Assembly (NCBI GenBank): GCA_963695855.1
Contig: CAVOHZ010000003.1
Span: 420,619-484,618, forward strand
DNA: 64,000 bases
Direction: 5' to 3'
Origin: an uncultured Nitrososphaerales archaeon
GTDB taxonomy: Archaea > Thermoproteota > Nitrososphaeria > Nitrososphaerales > Nitrososphaeraceae
Shown here: in pieces, positions 33,817 through 43,748 of the stretch
Layout of the letters: each line of letters begins with the position of its first letter
Numbering within the stretch: position 1 is the stretch's first letter
The notes under the pieces: generated by a model
Database searches by the model: none
Told to the model about the DNA's origin: nothing
The model's input: the letters and a program-made list of their open reading frames with translations, nothing else
Position numbers and translations under genes: made by a program

Positions 33817-35433
33817 TTATTTCTTAAATTTTGGAGGATCGTATTCAATGTGGATATGAGGACCTGTTGTTACACCTGAAATAGGTTTATTATGTTCATC
33901 TACAATATCATAATCTTTCTCGAAAAGGCTTCTTAAATCCTTGACGATAGATTTTACTACGTCATTGGATAAATGTTTTGTTCGTAAATCAATAGCTTTT
34001 CCATAATCATGCAATGATTTTCCACCATCGGATCTCTTGGCTGATGTAATTTCACCAGGCAAGCCTGTGTGTTTTATGTATATTGCATTTATATCCGGAA
34101 AAATATTGAGCATTTTATCTGATAGACCAGCCATGTTTATTTTTCCGCAATCCCTACAAATTATTAGTCCACCATATTTATCATCAGCTTTTAAGGAATC
34201 AGCATTTAATTCGGAAGGACTTGTAACTAAGGGATTATTATATAAGTCACATAACTTTGCCCAGGTTTTTTCTCCAACTTTTCCATCTTTTACCAAACCA
34301 TTTTTGCCTTGGAATTGAATAACTGCTTTTTCAGTATTTGGTCCGAATTTTCCGTCTATTGCCTTTGGATCGTGGCCCAATTTCGTGAGAATAGTTTGAA
34401 GATTACTAACCGCAATTCCAGAAGAATCTTTCTTCAATAAGTCCTCAGCAGAATTACATAGAGTTGGTTCTTGGTCTATTGCTGCTAATTTTTCTAGGTC
34501 TGTTGCCCCTGTATCTGTACCAGAATCAGTTGTTGTCTCTGTACCAGCATCAGTTGTTGTCTCTGTTGCGCTTGTATTAGTCTCTGTATCTGTACCAGCA
34601 TCAGTTGTTGTCTCTGTTGTTGTCTCTGTACCTGCATCAGTTGTATCAGTCTCTGTACCTGCATCAGTTGTATCAGTCTCTGTACCTGCATCAGTTGTAT
34701 CAGTCTCTGTACCTGCATCAGTTGTATCAGTCTCTGTACCTGCATCAGTTGTATCAGTCTCTGTACCTGCATCAGTTGTATCAGTCTCTGTACCTGCATC
34801 AGTTGTATCAGTCTCTGTACCTGCATCAGTTGTATCAGTCTCTGTACCTGCATCAGTTGTATCAGTCTCTGTACCTGCATCAGTGGTTGTCTCTGTTGTA
34901 TCAGTCTCTGTACCTGCATCAGTGGTTGTCTCTGTATCTGTACCTGCATCAGTGGTTGTCTCTGTATCTGTACCAGCATCAGTGGTTGTCTCTGTATCTG
35001 TACCAGCATTAGTTGTTGTCTCTGTTGCGCCTGTATTAGTTTCTGGTTCTGTACCAGCATCAGTTGTTGTCTCTGTAACTGCATCAGTTGTATCAGTCTC
35101 TGTAACTGCATCAGTTGTATCAGTCTCTGTAACTGCATCAGTTGTATCAGTCTCTGTACCTGCATCAGTGGTTGTCTCTGTTGTCTCTGTATCTGTATCT
35201 GTTGTATCAACATCAGGTGTTTCTCCTTCTGCTGGTACTTGTTCCTCTGCAAATTGATCTGTTGTATCTGATGAACTAATATTTTCATTGATTATATCTT
35301 CTAAAGGTTCATCAGGTCCCTGACCATATGAAGTAGGAATATAAAACATAAAAAGAGATAGAACAAGACTGGCAAGGATTAAGATAATGGAAGTATAATT
35401 TTTAGTAGTTTTACTATTTAACATTAATAGCAA
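33817..35433 (-). CDS. Secreted peptidoglycan-binding-domain + M15-family Zn peptidase (endolysin-like)
   Basis: Signal peptide; Thr/Asp repeat stalk; PG_binding_1 (LQ..L..LG......[14 protein letters not shown]....L..DG.VG..TW); ITSAKR....SLHDYGKAIDLR...HIHIEYDP (HxxxxxxD...HxH). Confidence 0.9.
   Translation of the reverse strand: MLLMLNSKTTKNYTSIILILASLVLSLFMFYIPTSYGQGPDEPLEDIINENISSSDTTDQFAEEQVPAEGETPDVDTTDTDTETTETTTDAGTETDTTDAVTETDTTDAVTETDTTDAVTETTTDAGTEPETNTGATETTTNAGTDTETTTDAGTDTETTTDAGTDTETTTDAGTETDTTETTTDAGTETDTTDAGTETDTTDAGTETDTTDAGTETDTTDAGTETDTTDAGTETDTTDAGTETDTTDAGTETDTTDAGTETDTTDAGTETTTETTTDAGTDTETNTSATETTTDAGTETTTDSGTDTGATDLEKLAAIDQEPTLCNSAEDLLKKDSSGIAVSNLQTILTKLGHDPKAIDGKFGPNTEKAVIQFQGKNGLVKDGKVGEKTWAKLCDLYNNPLVTSPSELNADSLKADDKYGGLIICRDCGKINMAGLSDKMLNIFPDINAIYIKHTGLPGEITSAKRSDGGKSLHDYGKAIDLRTKHLSNDVVKSIVKDLRSLFEKDYDIVDEHNKPISGVTTGPHIHIEYDPPKFKK
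34625..34882 (-). repeat. 27-bp coding tandem repeat (TDAGTETDT), ~9 perfect units within a larger degenerate array (~34500-35210)
   Basis: Direct inspection. Confidence 0.93.
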
Positions 35434-36151
35434 GAATTGACTATTATAGATAAGGTTTTTGGTTAGAAATATCTCTATGAGTTACCACCCAAATACGTTG
35501 AACTATTTTAGTCGATATTGAGAAGACGGATTTACATCGTATCTTATCAATAACATGCAGTAGATAAGAAGATCTTGCCAGATCTAGATTTGATACAATA
35601 AGGTCACAAATGATTGGATACATATGAGATTTGTAGGATCTTTTACTACAGAATAAGGAACAGATATAGATGAGCAGATGTCAACACTTATAAGAAAAAG
35701 AGAACATTATGAATATGAAGTGGAATTGTGCGATCACCAATAGTGTTTTCGAACAACTGGATCGAAAGACAATAGTAAATATATAATTATCCGTTATGAT
35801 GTAATAATTATGTTACTTATTTGTGAATTTATTGCAAATAAAGATATTATATTGTCTAGAAAAATTGAAAAGTATTTCACTTCGAACTTCTCTTGTGGTA
35901 CATAAAACGGTATAAAAGGTTGAAATAAGGGACATTCTGCTTCCTACGTCTAAGACTTATTTTAAATATCTACCGTTATTCTAAAAACTTATGAAACATT
36001 TTCAATATGTATCTTCTGAAAAACACCAAAGTAACTCTCTACTAATAATTCTTCCATCTCTACGGGTTGTTCTTATTTACAAGTCGTTATTCGGTCTATT
36101 GAATCCATTTCTCTAGAGACAAAATTACTACAATTCTTTTGATTGAAATTC

Positions 36152-36420
36152 AAAGCTCATTGAGTTTGGATACGGTTATTATTTGTGAAGATATTTTTAT
36201 ACAAATTCACTAGTTTAACCTGTTGTTCAAAATTAAAAAAATTATGATATCTAATCACGGTAGATGTGCAACATACAATGGATCGACTCTCCTAACAAAC
36301 CTTAAAATTTGCTTGTTTATCAACGAATTCTTGATAAGTTTCAGTGTATGAAGAACCCGTTCCTACAGCCAACGGGTCATTAATATAAAGAATTGTGCCT
36401 TTCGGCGTGCAGTTAATAAT
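36152..36420 (-). pseudogene. Orphan C-terminal domain remnant plus 3' flank, copy B
   Basis: Minus strand CTPKGTILYINDPLAVGTGSSYTETYQEFVDKQ.../DPLYVAHLP* (stop 36255); 36152-36252 is nearly identical to 33214-33314. Confidence 0.7.
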
Positions 36421-36429
36421 ATCATCAAC

Positions 36430-39276
36430 TTATTTCTTATATTCTGATAAGTAAACCTCTTTGAAGTTTGGATAATTATATTCCCAATGCCATGGTTCCT
36501 GGTTAAATGGATGGAAATTAAAGTCTTTTGCAAATATAACCAGCCATTTATAAATAGACGAACCTCTCATATCCATTATGTTACTAAATGGTGAAGTCCT
36601 TCCTTCACCTGATACTGTTTTCCCATCCTGTTTAACTTCGAATTTTTTAATTCCGTCACTCATTTTTAAGTCAGCAGTTACTCCCAATGCATGCGAAATT
36701 CCTCCAATGGCATTAGGATTTTTTGCCTGCTCTGCTCTTTTCTCATCCAGGACTGGATCGCGATATGTTGAGAATGGAACAATTTCAATTCCCTCTCCTT
36801 TTGCAGCGTCCTGCATTTTAATAAACGAATCTACTACATGTTTGTTCATTCTTTGTTTGGAATAACCCGGAATTTCCTTAGTCTGCTTGTAAAAATAATC
36901 ATTATATTTTGTTTTGTCTTTTTGATATTCAGAGTTAGGTAGTATAGCATTTGATAGATGTGTAACACGATCTTCCAATATTATATTATTTAATTGATTT
37001 ACTAGTTTTCGAGTTTCACCTTCGTTAGGTCCTATAGGGTTGCCCAGATAATCAGATGGATCCCATTTGAATTGTTTGAATGCCTGTCCATCTTTTAATA
37101 AATCCAGAGTAGATACCTTTGGGTTTTTAACAAAATTGTTTAATATCAATTCTCTATGTTTATTCTTGTCAGTAGAAGAGGTACATATCTTTTCAATTGT
37201 TATCTTATCTGCAATTCCTGTTAGTGCTAACTTGTTAGAAATCTGAAACAATCTTACAGACATCTCCGTCTTAGGTCCAAATTTCTTTAAAGTTTGATCT
37301 AGTTCATATGGATAATATCCGAGTTCTTTAAGGTTTTTTTGAAGCATAACGATCTCGTCTCCTGAATCCCCTGATTTTAATTCAGGTTTTGTAATTTTAC
37401 AGATTTCTCTTTCTCCTACCTGTACAACATCACCACCAGGAGTAACACCACTTCCACTTCCAGGAGTAACACCACTTCCACTTCCAGGAGTAACACCACT
37501 TCCACTTCCAGGAGTAACACCACTTCCACTTCCAGGAGTAACACCACTTCCACTTCCAGGAGTAACACCACTTCCACTTCCAGGAGTAACACCACTTCCA
37601 CTTCCAGGAGTAACACCACTTCCACTTCCAGGAGTAACACCACTTCCACTTCCAGGAGTAACACCACTTCCACTTCCAGGAGTAACACCACTTCCACTTC
37701 CAGGAGTAACACCACTTCCAGGTTTACCTGATTGTGAGGTCGAATCTGTACTCTTTGCAGGTAACTTATCCTCTTCATAATCTTTCATGATTGCATCTAC
37801 AGCTGCGTCTGAATTCTTTTTCTCTTCATATAGTGCACATAACTTTGCCCATGTTTTTGCTCCAACTTTTCCATCTTTTACCAAATCATTTTTGCCTTGG
37901 AATTGAATAACTGCTTTTTCAGTATTTGGTCCGAATTTTCCATCTATTGCCTTTGGATCGTAGCCCAATTTCGTGAGAATATTTTGAAGATTACTAACCG
38001 CAATTCCAGAAGAATCTTTCTTCACTAATTTCTCAGATGGATTACAGACGATCTCTTCCTCTGGGAATGGGTCTTTTGTATCCACCTTTATGGGTGGTTC
38101 TTGGTCTGTTGCTGCTAGTTGTTCTAGGTCTGTAGCTACTCCTGGTTCTTGCTCTCTTGCTGCTAGTTGTTCTAGGTCTGTAGCTACTCCTGGTCCTTGG
38201 TCTGTTGCACCTGTATCAGTTGTTGTCTCTGTTGCACCTGTATCAGTTGTTGTCTCTGTTGCACCTGTATCAGTTGTTGTCTCTGTTGCACCTGTATCAG
38301 TTGTTGTCTCTGTTGCACCTGTATCAGTTGTTGTCTCTGTTGCACCTGTATCAGTTGTTGTCTCTGTTGCACCTGTATCAGTTGTTGTCTCTGTTGCACC
38401 TGTATCAGTTGTTGTCTCTGTTGCACCTGTATCAGTTGTTGTCTCTGTTGCACCTGTATCAGTTGTTGTCTCTGTTGCACCTGTATCAGTTGTTGTCTCT
38501 GTTGCACCTGTATCAGTTGTTGTCTCTGTTGCACCTGTATCAGTTGTTGTCTCTGTTGCACCTGTATCAGTTGTTGTCTCTGTTGCACCTGTATCAGTTG
38601 TTGTCTCTGTTGCTGTTGCTTCATCCAAAGCATCTACTACTCCATCACCATTGGTATCCATTTGGATTTCATCAACAGCAGCAGCAGAGGATGCATTATC
38701 AGTAGTTGTATTTGTTTCTGTTGCTGTTGATGCTTCATCCAAAGCATCTACTACTCCATCACCATTGGTATCCATCTGGATTTCATCAACAGCAGCAGCA
38801 GAGGATGCATTATCAGTAGTAGTTGTCTCTGTTGTTGATGCTGTTGTTTCATCCAAAGCATCTACTACTCCATCACCATTGGTATCCATCTGGATTTCAT
38901 CAACAGCATCAGTAGAGGATGCATTATCAGTAGTAGTTGTCTCTGTTGTTGATGCTGTTGTTTCATCCAAAGCATCTACTACTCCATCACCATTGGTATC
39001 CATCTGGATTTCATCAACAGCATCAGTAGAGGATGCATTATCAGTAGTAGTTGTTTCTGTTGTTGATGCTGTTGCTTCATCCAAAGCATCTACTACTCCA
39101 TCACCATTGGTATCTCCAAAACTTTCATCGGTTGTATTATCGCTTACAAACTGATCAGAATCTGTTTGACTATACGAAATAGGTGTATAAAAGATCAGAA
39201 GTGGTATAATGAGACTAATACTAACAAAAATTAAAAAAATGTTATTACAGTTTTTAGCTGTCTTGTTATTTAACAT
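36430..39276 (-). CDS. Secreted protein: DxNxDG repeats + Thr-rich stalk + two PG-binding domains + VanY-like (M15B) D,D-carboxypeptidase
   Basis: Signal peptide; 5x DTNGDGVVD; two PG_binding_1 units; F..MQDAAK.EGI.I...STYRD...[10 protein letters not shown]...WL...A..F.F.PF..EPWHWEY (SxHxxxxAxD- and ExxH-type motifs). Confidence 0.92.
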   Translation of the reverse strand: MLNNKTAKNCNNIFLIFVSISLIIPLLIFYTPISYSQTDSDQFVSDNTTDESFGDTNGDGVVDALDEATASTTETTTTDNASSTDAVDEIQMDTNGDGVVDALDETTASTTETTTTDNASSTDAVDEIQMDTNGDGVVDALDETTASTTETTTTDNASSAAAVDEIQMDTNGDGVVDALDEASTATETNTTTDNASSAAAVDEIQMDTNGDGVVDALDEATATETTTDTGATETTTDTGATETTTDTGATETTTDTGATETTTDTGATETTTDTGATETTTDTGATETTTDTGATETTTDTGATETTTDTGATETTTDTGATETTTDTGATETTTDTGATETTTDTGATETTTDTGATDQGPGVATDLEQLAAREQEPGVATDLEQLAATDQEPPIKVDTKDPFPEEEIVCNPSEKLVKKDSSGIAVSNLQNILTKLGYDPKAIDGKFGPNTEKAVIQFQGKNDLVKDGKVGAKTWAKLCALYEEKKNSDAAVDAIMKDYEEDKLPAKSTDSTSQSGKPGSGVTPGSGSGVTPGSGSGVTPGSGSGVTPGSGSGVTPGSGSGVTPGSGSGVTPGSGSGVTPGSGSGVTPGSGSGVTPGSGSGVTPGSGSGVTPGGDVVQVGEREICKITKPELKSGDSGDEIVMLQKNLKELGYYPYELDQTLKKFGPKTEMSVRLFQISNKLALTGIADKITIEKICTSSTDKNKHRELILNNFVKNPKVSTLDLLKDGQAFKQFKWDPSDYLGNPIGPNEGETRKLVNQLNNIILEDRVTHLSNAILPNSEYQKDKTKYNDYFYKQTKEIPGYSKQRMNKHVVDSFIKMQDAAKGEGIEIVPFSTYRDPVLDEKRAEQAKNPNAIGGISHALGVTADLKMSDGIKKFEVKQDGKTVSGEGRTSPFSNIMDMRGSSIYKWLVIFAKDFNFHPFNQEPWHWEYNYPNFKEVYLSEYKK
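37436..37722 (-). repeat. 24-bp coding tandem repeat (GSGSGVTP) x~12, linker between the PG-binding domains
   Basis: Direct inspection. Confidence 0.95.
38200..38610 (-). repeat. 27-bp coding tandem repeat (TTTDTGATE) x~15
   Basis: Direct inspection. Confidence 0.95.
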
Positions 39277-39604
39277 TATTGAAAAAAAGAGATCAGTAAT
39301 AGATAAGATTTTTGGTTAAAATAGAAAAAGTTTGACAATCGTTTCCTTAAGAAGATATAAATTTACTACAATTTTGGTGGTTAAAGTACGGACAGATTCC
39401 TAACTTTATGTTAGCTAAGAAAAATGATACATTTTAAAAAAACTTCTTATTCTAAAAGGATTACACTCATTCTTTCTTGACTTTAGAAACGTAATACCTA
39501 TATCTATATATTTATAGGGCACACACAATACCCTCTAGAATCGTTATTTAATGTGCAAATAATAGTTGTAGAGTATTTAACGTAAAACAATAAGCAAAAG
39601 TAGT
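38858..39604 (-). repeat. 747-bp inverted repeat, right arm
   Basis: Reverse complement of 31446-32192. Confidence 0.95.
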
Positions 39605-39672
39605 CATGATCTGGCTTTTAAGCTGTTTGAAAACCTTTTTTAGGATTATCTAAAATAACATCATATAGTGAA

Positions 39673-40449
39673 TTGGACGAAGTTAGTGAAGAAGTGATTG
39701 AAGATGAAGTAAAAATTCCAATTTCTGTACATGATACATATGAAAATAAAGATAAAATGTTGAAAGGAGTTTTCTCGATTCCTCCTAATTCCAATTTCCT
39801 GGTTATCTTTGTTCATGGTAGCGGAAGTGGAAAGAATAGTGAGAGAAACAAGTATCTTGCCCAATTTTTTAACAAGGATGGTCTTGCAACATTACTTGTA
39901 GACCTACTTACAGAGGATGAAGTGAATTCAGACATAAGAACAGAAAAAATTAGATGCAAAATTCCTGGACTTGTATTAAATAAGTTCAATATTGGGCTCC
40001 TGACAAAAAGAATCATATCAATAACCGACTGGATGATAAGAAATACTAGATTACAAGAAAAGAGATTTTTGATTGGATACTTTGGATCAAGCACAGGTTC
40101 TACAGCAATGATAGAAGCAATAGGTCATTTAGATTCAATTGTAGAAGGTGAAGATCTCATCAGTGTTTTAGTTTCAAGGGGAGGAAGAGTAGATTTGACT
40201 AAAGAGGATTCGTTGTCCAAAATTAAGATTCCCACTCTTTTTGTCATTGGACAAAGAGATCATAAATCAATTATTGAAAGTAACAAAAAAGTATTAGAAA
40301 AAATAAATTCTGAAAAAAAGAAATTGGTTTTATTGGAAGGTGCGTCCCATCTATTCGAGGAACCAGGTAAAATAGAAGAGGTGGCAAAAATAGCATCCGG
40401 ATGGTTTAGATGTTATTTTCAGATAAAAGCAAAATCGATTCAAGTTTAA
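39673..40449 (+). CDS. Alpha/beta hydrolase (dienelactone hydrolase-like)
   Basis: VIFVHGSGSG..S.RN, GYFGSSTG, VSRGGR.DL, GASHLFEEPG. Confidence 0.92.
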   Translation: MDEVSEEVIEDEVKIPISVHDTYENKDKMLKGVFSIPPNSNFLVIFVHGSGSGKNSERNKYLAQFFNKDGLATLLVDLLTEDEVNSDIRTEKIRCKIPGLVLNKFNIGLLTKRIISITDWMIRNTRLQEKRFLIGYFGSSTGSTAMIEAIGHLDSIVEGEDLISVLVSRGGRVDLTKEDSLSKIKIPTLFVIGQRDHKSIIESNKKVLEKINSEKKKLVLLEGASHLFEEPGKIEEVAKIASGWFRCYFQIKAKSIQV

Positions 40450-40899
40450 TAGCGGGTTATCAATGAATGAATTATTTGAGACAAGTGTCAAAGCTCGTTG
40501 GAAGATGAACTGAGCAGACTGCATGATGCCAATTACCATCATTATATGACTTTGAAGTGCGTTAGGACTTTCTATAATCTTAATCTCCTGATAGGTGCAC
40601 CATGTTATGATTGCTTATGCATTGCTAGTATATTGTCCCAGAAAGACTGAATTTCTCACGGGTTCGGTGGTATCCGTCATGCTAGCACTCTAATAAAAGA
40701 ATCCTAAGTAGGGTAAATAAAACAAGTTTATAAATTTTATGTATCGCTGTTATTGTAGATTTATTTTTAAATTCTGATATCTTCTCACGAGATAATAATG
40801 CCTTTCTTTTATGAAAATACATTTGAGAATTTCAATCCTAGAGGAGGCTCAGAATGCTCGGTTCCAAATTTAAGGGTCGACAGGGAACAATACCAATTT

Positions 40900-41496
40900 G
40901 TTGTTGATGATCTAGAAAGAAATAGTAAAAAATCCAAATATTGATTGGACAATTGTAATGCTTCATAAACCATTTTATAGTTCCACTTCTAAGCAACTTC
41001 AGGAATTTATTATTAGGGATAAATATCAACCTCTATTTGACAAATACGGCGTAGACTAGTAATTCAAGGGCATAATCACATTTACAGTAGAAGATTACCG
41101 ATACATTTCAACAGTGCAGACATTTCTCAACCTCTACTAGATGACAATACCCCTAATTATGCGAACAGCAATAATAACAATAATAATTCTACATTTATCA
41201 ATCCAAAAGGAACAATGTATTTGACTGTCAGAACCGGAGGCGATGAGCTTTACAGAATAACTGAAAGGCCCTATTACATTGCCAATGATTATAATAAAGG
41301 CTTTGGATTTGTTGAAATCAAAATTGCTGGTAAAAAATTGCACAGTTCTTTTTATGATATTAATCTAAATTGTCAAACAATAATTACTAAGACAGGTTTG
41401 GAGCTTATAGATCCAAAATCATGTTTACCACCAGCCCCGGGAAACAACTCCTTAAAAATAATAAATCATTTTACCATTATAAAATTAGATATCTAG
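40900..41496 (+). pseudogene. Metallophosphoesterase C-terminal remnant
   Basis: Broken frames with YQPLFDKYGVDLVIQGHNHIY.R.LP and NPKGTMYLTV.TGG. Confidence 0.75.
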
Positions 41497-41586
41497 AGTA
41501 CCTTCTTTTTTGATCATATCTGTTATGGTGATCATTTCGTTAAAGATAAAAATGAAAATGATCATATGAATACAGGACTAAAACTA

Positions 41587-42630
41587 TTATTTTTTGTCTT
41601 TTATAATCTTAAATTCATCTTTAACATCTTGTTTCTTTCCGTTTTCAATAAATTTACCTGTTAATGTCTTTCCATCAGTTTCAAAAGTAATGTCCAATAT
41701 TCCAAAATCACCTTCAACACCAACTGCTGAAAAATCTGCTGATGAAGATAAGGTCATAGCATGGGCTCCTCCGGTTCCCACGGTAACAAAAATTGGTCCT
41801 TTTGGGTTTTTATAGGTATTCTCATTTTGATCTTGTATTATTGGTTCATCGTCATCATCAGGATTGAATGTAATTGGATAGGTTCTTTCATAGACATGAA
41901 GATGACCTTGTAAAGCCAGATCTACTTTATATTTGTCAAATAGTGGATGATATGTTTCTCTAAAATCGTCTTCCGCTTCTAAGCTAGAGGCCGAAGCATA
42001 TGCATATCGATGATAAAATACAATTATCCAATCTATCAATGCATCATTAGAGTATTTTTTAAGATCTTGCTCAGCAAATTTATATTGTTCCGACTCATCA
42101 TCATAAGATGTCTCAGTAGATAATGCTAGAAAATGAACATTCTTATGGTTAAAAGAATAGTATTGTTCTTTCATACCAAAATGTTCCATATAGTCTTCCA
42201 TCAAGTCTGAAGAATCTTCATGATTTCCTAAAACAATTTTTGTCTTTTCGTCTATAGGTTCTATTACCTCTAACCAACATTCGGCTTCACCATTATATGA
42301 AAGGTCACCTAAGGCCAAAACAAGTTCTGGGTCCTGCTCACCAATATTGTCTACGGTGTCTTCTGTTTCAGATGTACAGTCCCAATCTCCTACAGCTACT
42401 ACGTTGAATCTTGGGGTTTTCTTGGTATTGTCTTCTTTTTCTTCAGAATCCTCATCATCATCATCCTCATTTTCCACTCCGTAGGCAGGTTGTAAAAAAT
42501 TTATATTTAAAAAGTTTGAATGATTATTAACGCTATCTAGTCTTCCAAAAAAATCAGTATTGCTCAATATAATAGTAAAAAATATGGCAACAAAGAATAG
42601 CTTTGTAACATTATAATGGCGAATCTTCAA
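41587..42630 (-). CDS. Secreted metallophosphoesterase (purple acid phosphatase-like)
   Basis: GDW, GDLSY, GNHE, FYH and GHLHVYER. Confidence 0.93.
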   Translation of the reverse strand: MKIRHYNVTKLFFVAIFFTIILSNTDFFGRLDSVNNHSNFLNINFLQPAYGVENEDDDDEDSEEKEDNTKKTPRFNVVAVGDWDCTSETEDTVDNIGEQDPELVLALGDLSYNGEAECWLEVIEPIDEKTKIVLGNHEDSSDLMEDYMEHFGMKEQYYSFNHKNVHFLALSTETSYDDESEQYKFAEQDLKKYSNDALIDWIIVFYHRYAYASASSLEAEDDFRETYHPLFDKYKVDLALQGHLHVYERTYPITFNPDDDDEPIIQDQNENTYKNPKGPIFVTVGTGGAHAMTLSSSADFSAVGVEGDFGILDITFETDGKTLTGKFIENGKKQDVKDEFKIIKDKK

Positions 42631-43748
42631 AGATCAGCAATTGTATGTAGATATTATTAATTGTTGTTCTCATTACTTGAATGGAATATCGATATATGTT
42701 GATATTTAATAAAGTATATTTAACCTTCCTATCAACAGAGGTTAATCAAACAATTCAGTTTATAATATCATTAACCTAATAATTTTTATGGCTCACTTTA
42801 ATATCTAATTCTCTTGTTTTTTATATCAACTGCTACAAGATATATCTTCAGGTTCATCATTTAACAGGAGAGTTATGGTATTCGTCAGGTTCACATCATA
42901 GGATTAAAATTGGTTAGCTAATGGGCTCAATTCAAATTCAAGATATATACGGTTAAAAAAATATAAATCAATATTATTAATTTTAGTTACATATTTTTAC
43001 CACTTTACTATTTGATAGTAGAGATGACTTGACACTGCTTGATTGATAAGCAGTGGAACTTTCTAGATATCTCGTAAGTGTTGAAAATATTTTTGGTGAA
43101 CCCTTATCAGGAGATGCAAGACGACCCTCATTACAGTCATACAATATTGTTTTATTATGGAGATTTGCATTACTGGATGATACAGTATTTGAAAGACACA
43201 ATAGAAAGTTTTGATGACTACCATCCTTGTATGCAACAGAAATGTAATCTATTTCACGTACATAACTGGATACAATTCTTTGTTTCAATGTATAATGATA
43301 CTATAGCAAATAATAAGAATTATTTTTGATTAAAGGAGGTGGATATTAACTTAATTTAGCAGAGCCGAAATATAATTTTATCATGCTTTATTGGCTTCGG
43401 ATATGTTAAATTCAAACGTGAAAGATGTAACATAATAAAAGGATATTTATTTGAATTAGTTAAAAAAATAATAGTACAAGAACGTATTTGTTATCATGTT
43501 ATTTTAAATACAAATTTGCTAATTGTTACATACTCGTACCAATATATTCGCTAATTGTTACATCCTTGTATCACAATACCTTTATTGTTATTATTTAATT
43601 ATTATATAAATGAAAACTAGACAATATTCTATACAGAAAGGATTATTCCTTTTTCAAAAAATTCTATATAATGCTTTGTATAATGTTTTGAAAACAAGTC
43701 AACATATACAATTTTATAAATAAGATTATCAAAATGGTGAAAAAATAG

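Noticed and set aside
37436-38610. 24-27-bp repeat arrays as possible CRISPR
   Set aside because: Head-to-tail units with no unique spacers, in frame within a CDS, and no cas genes.
34494-39154. Long Gln-, Cys-, Val- or Leu-rich ORFs overlapping the hydrolase genes
   Set aside because: These are alternative-frame and antisense read-throughs of stop-free tandem repeats.
33817-39276. Prophage lysis cassette interpretation
   Set aside because: No holin, capsid, terminase or integrase genes are seen; the proteins have signal peptides and long stalks, and the host lineage lacks peptidoglycan.
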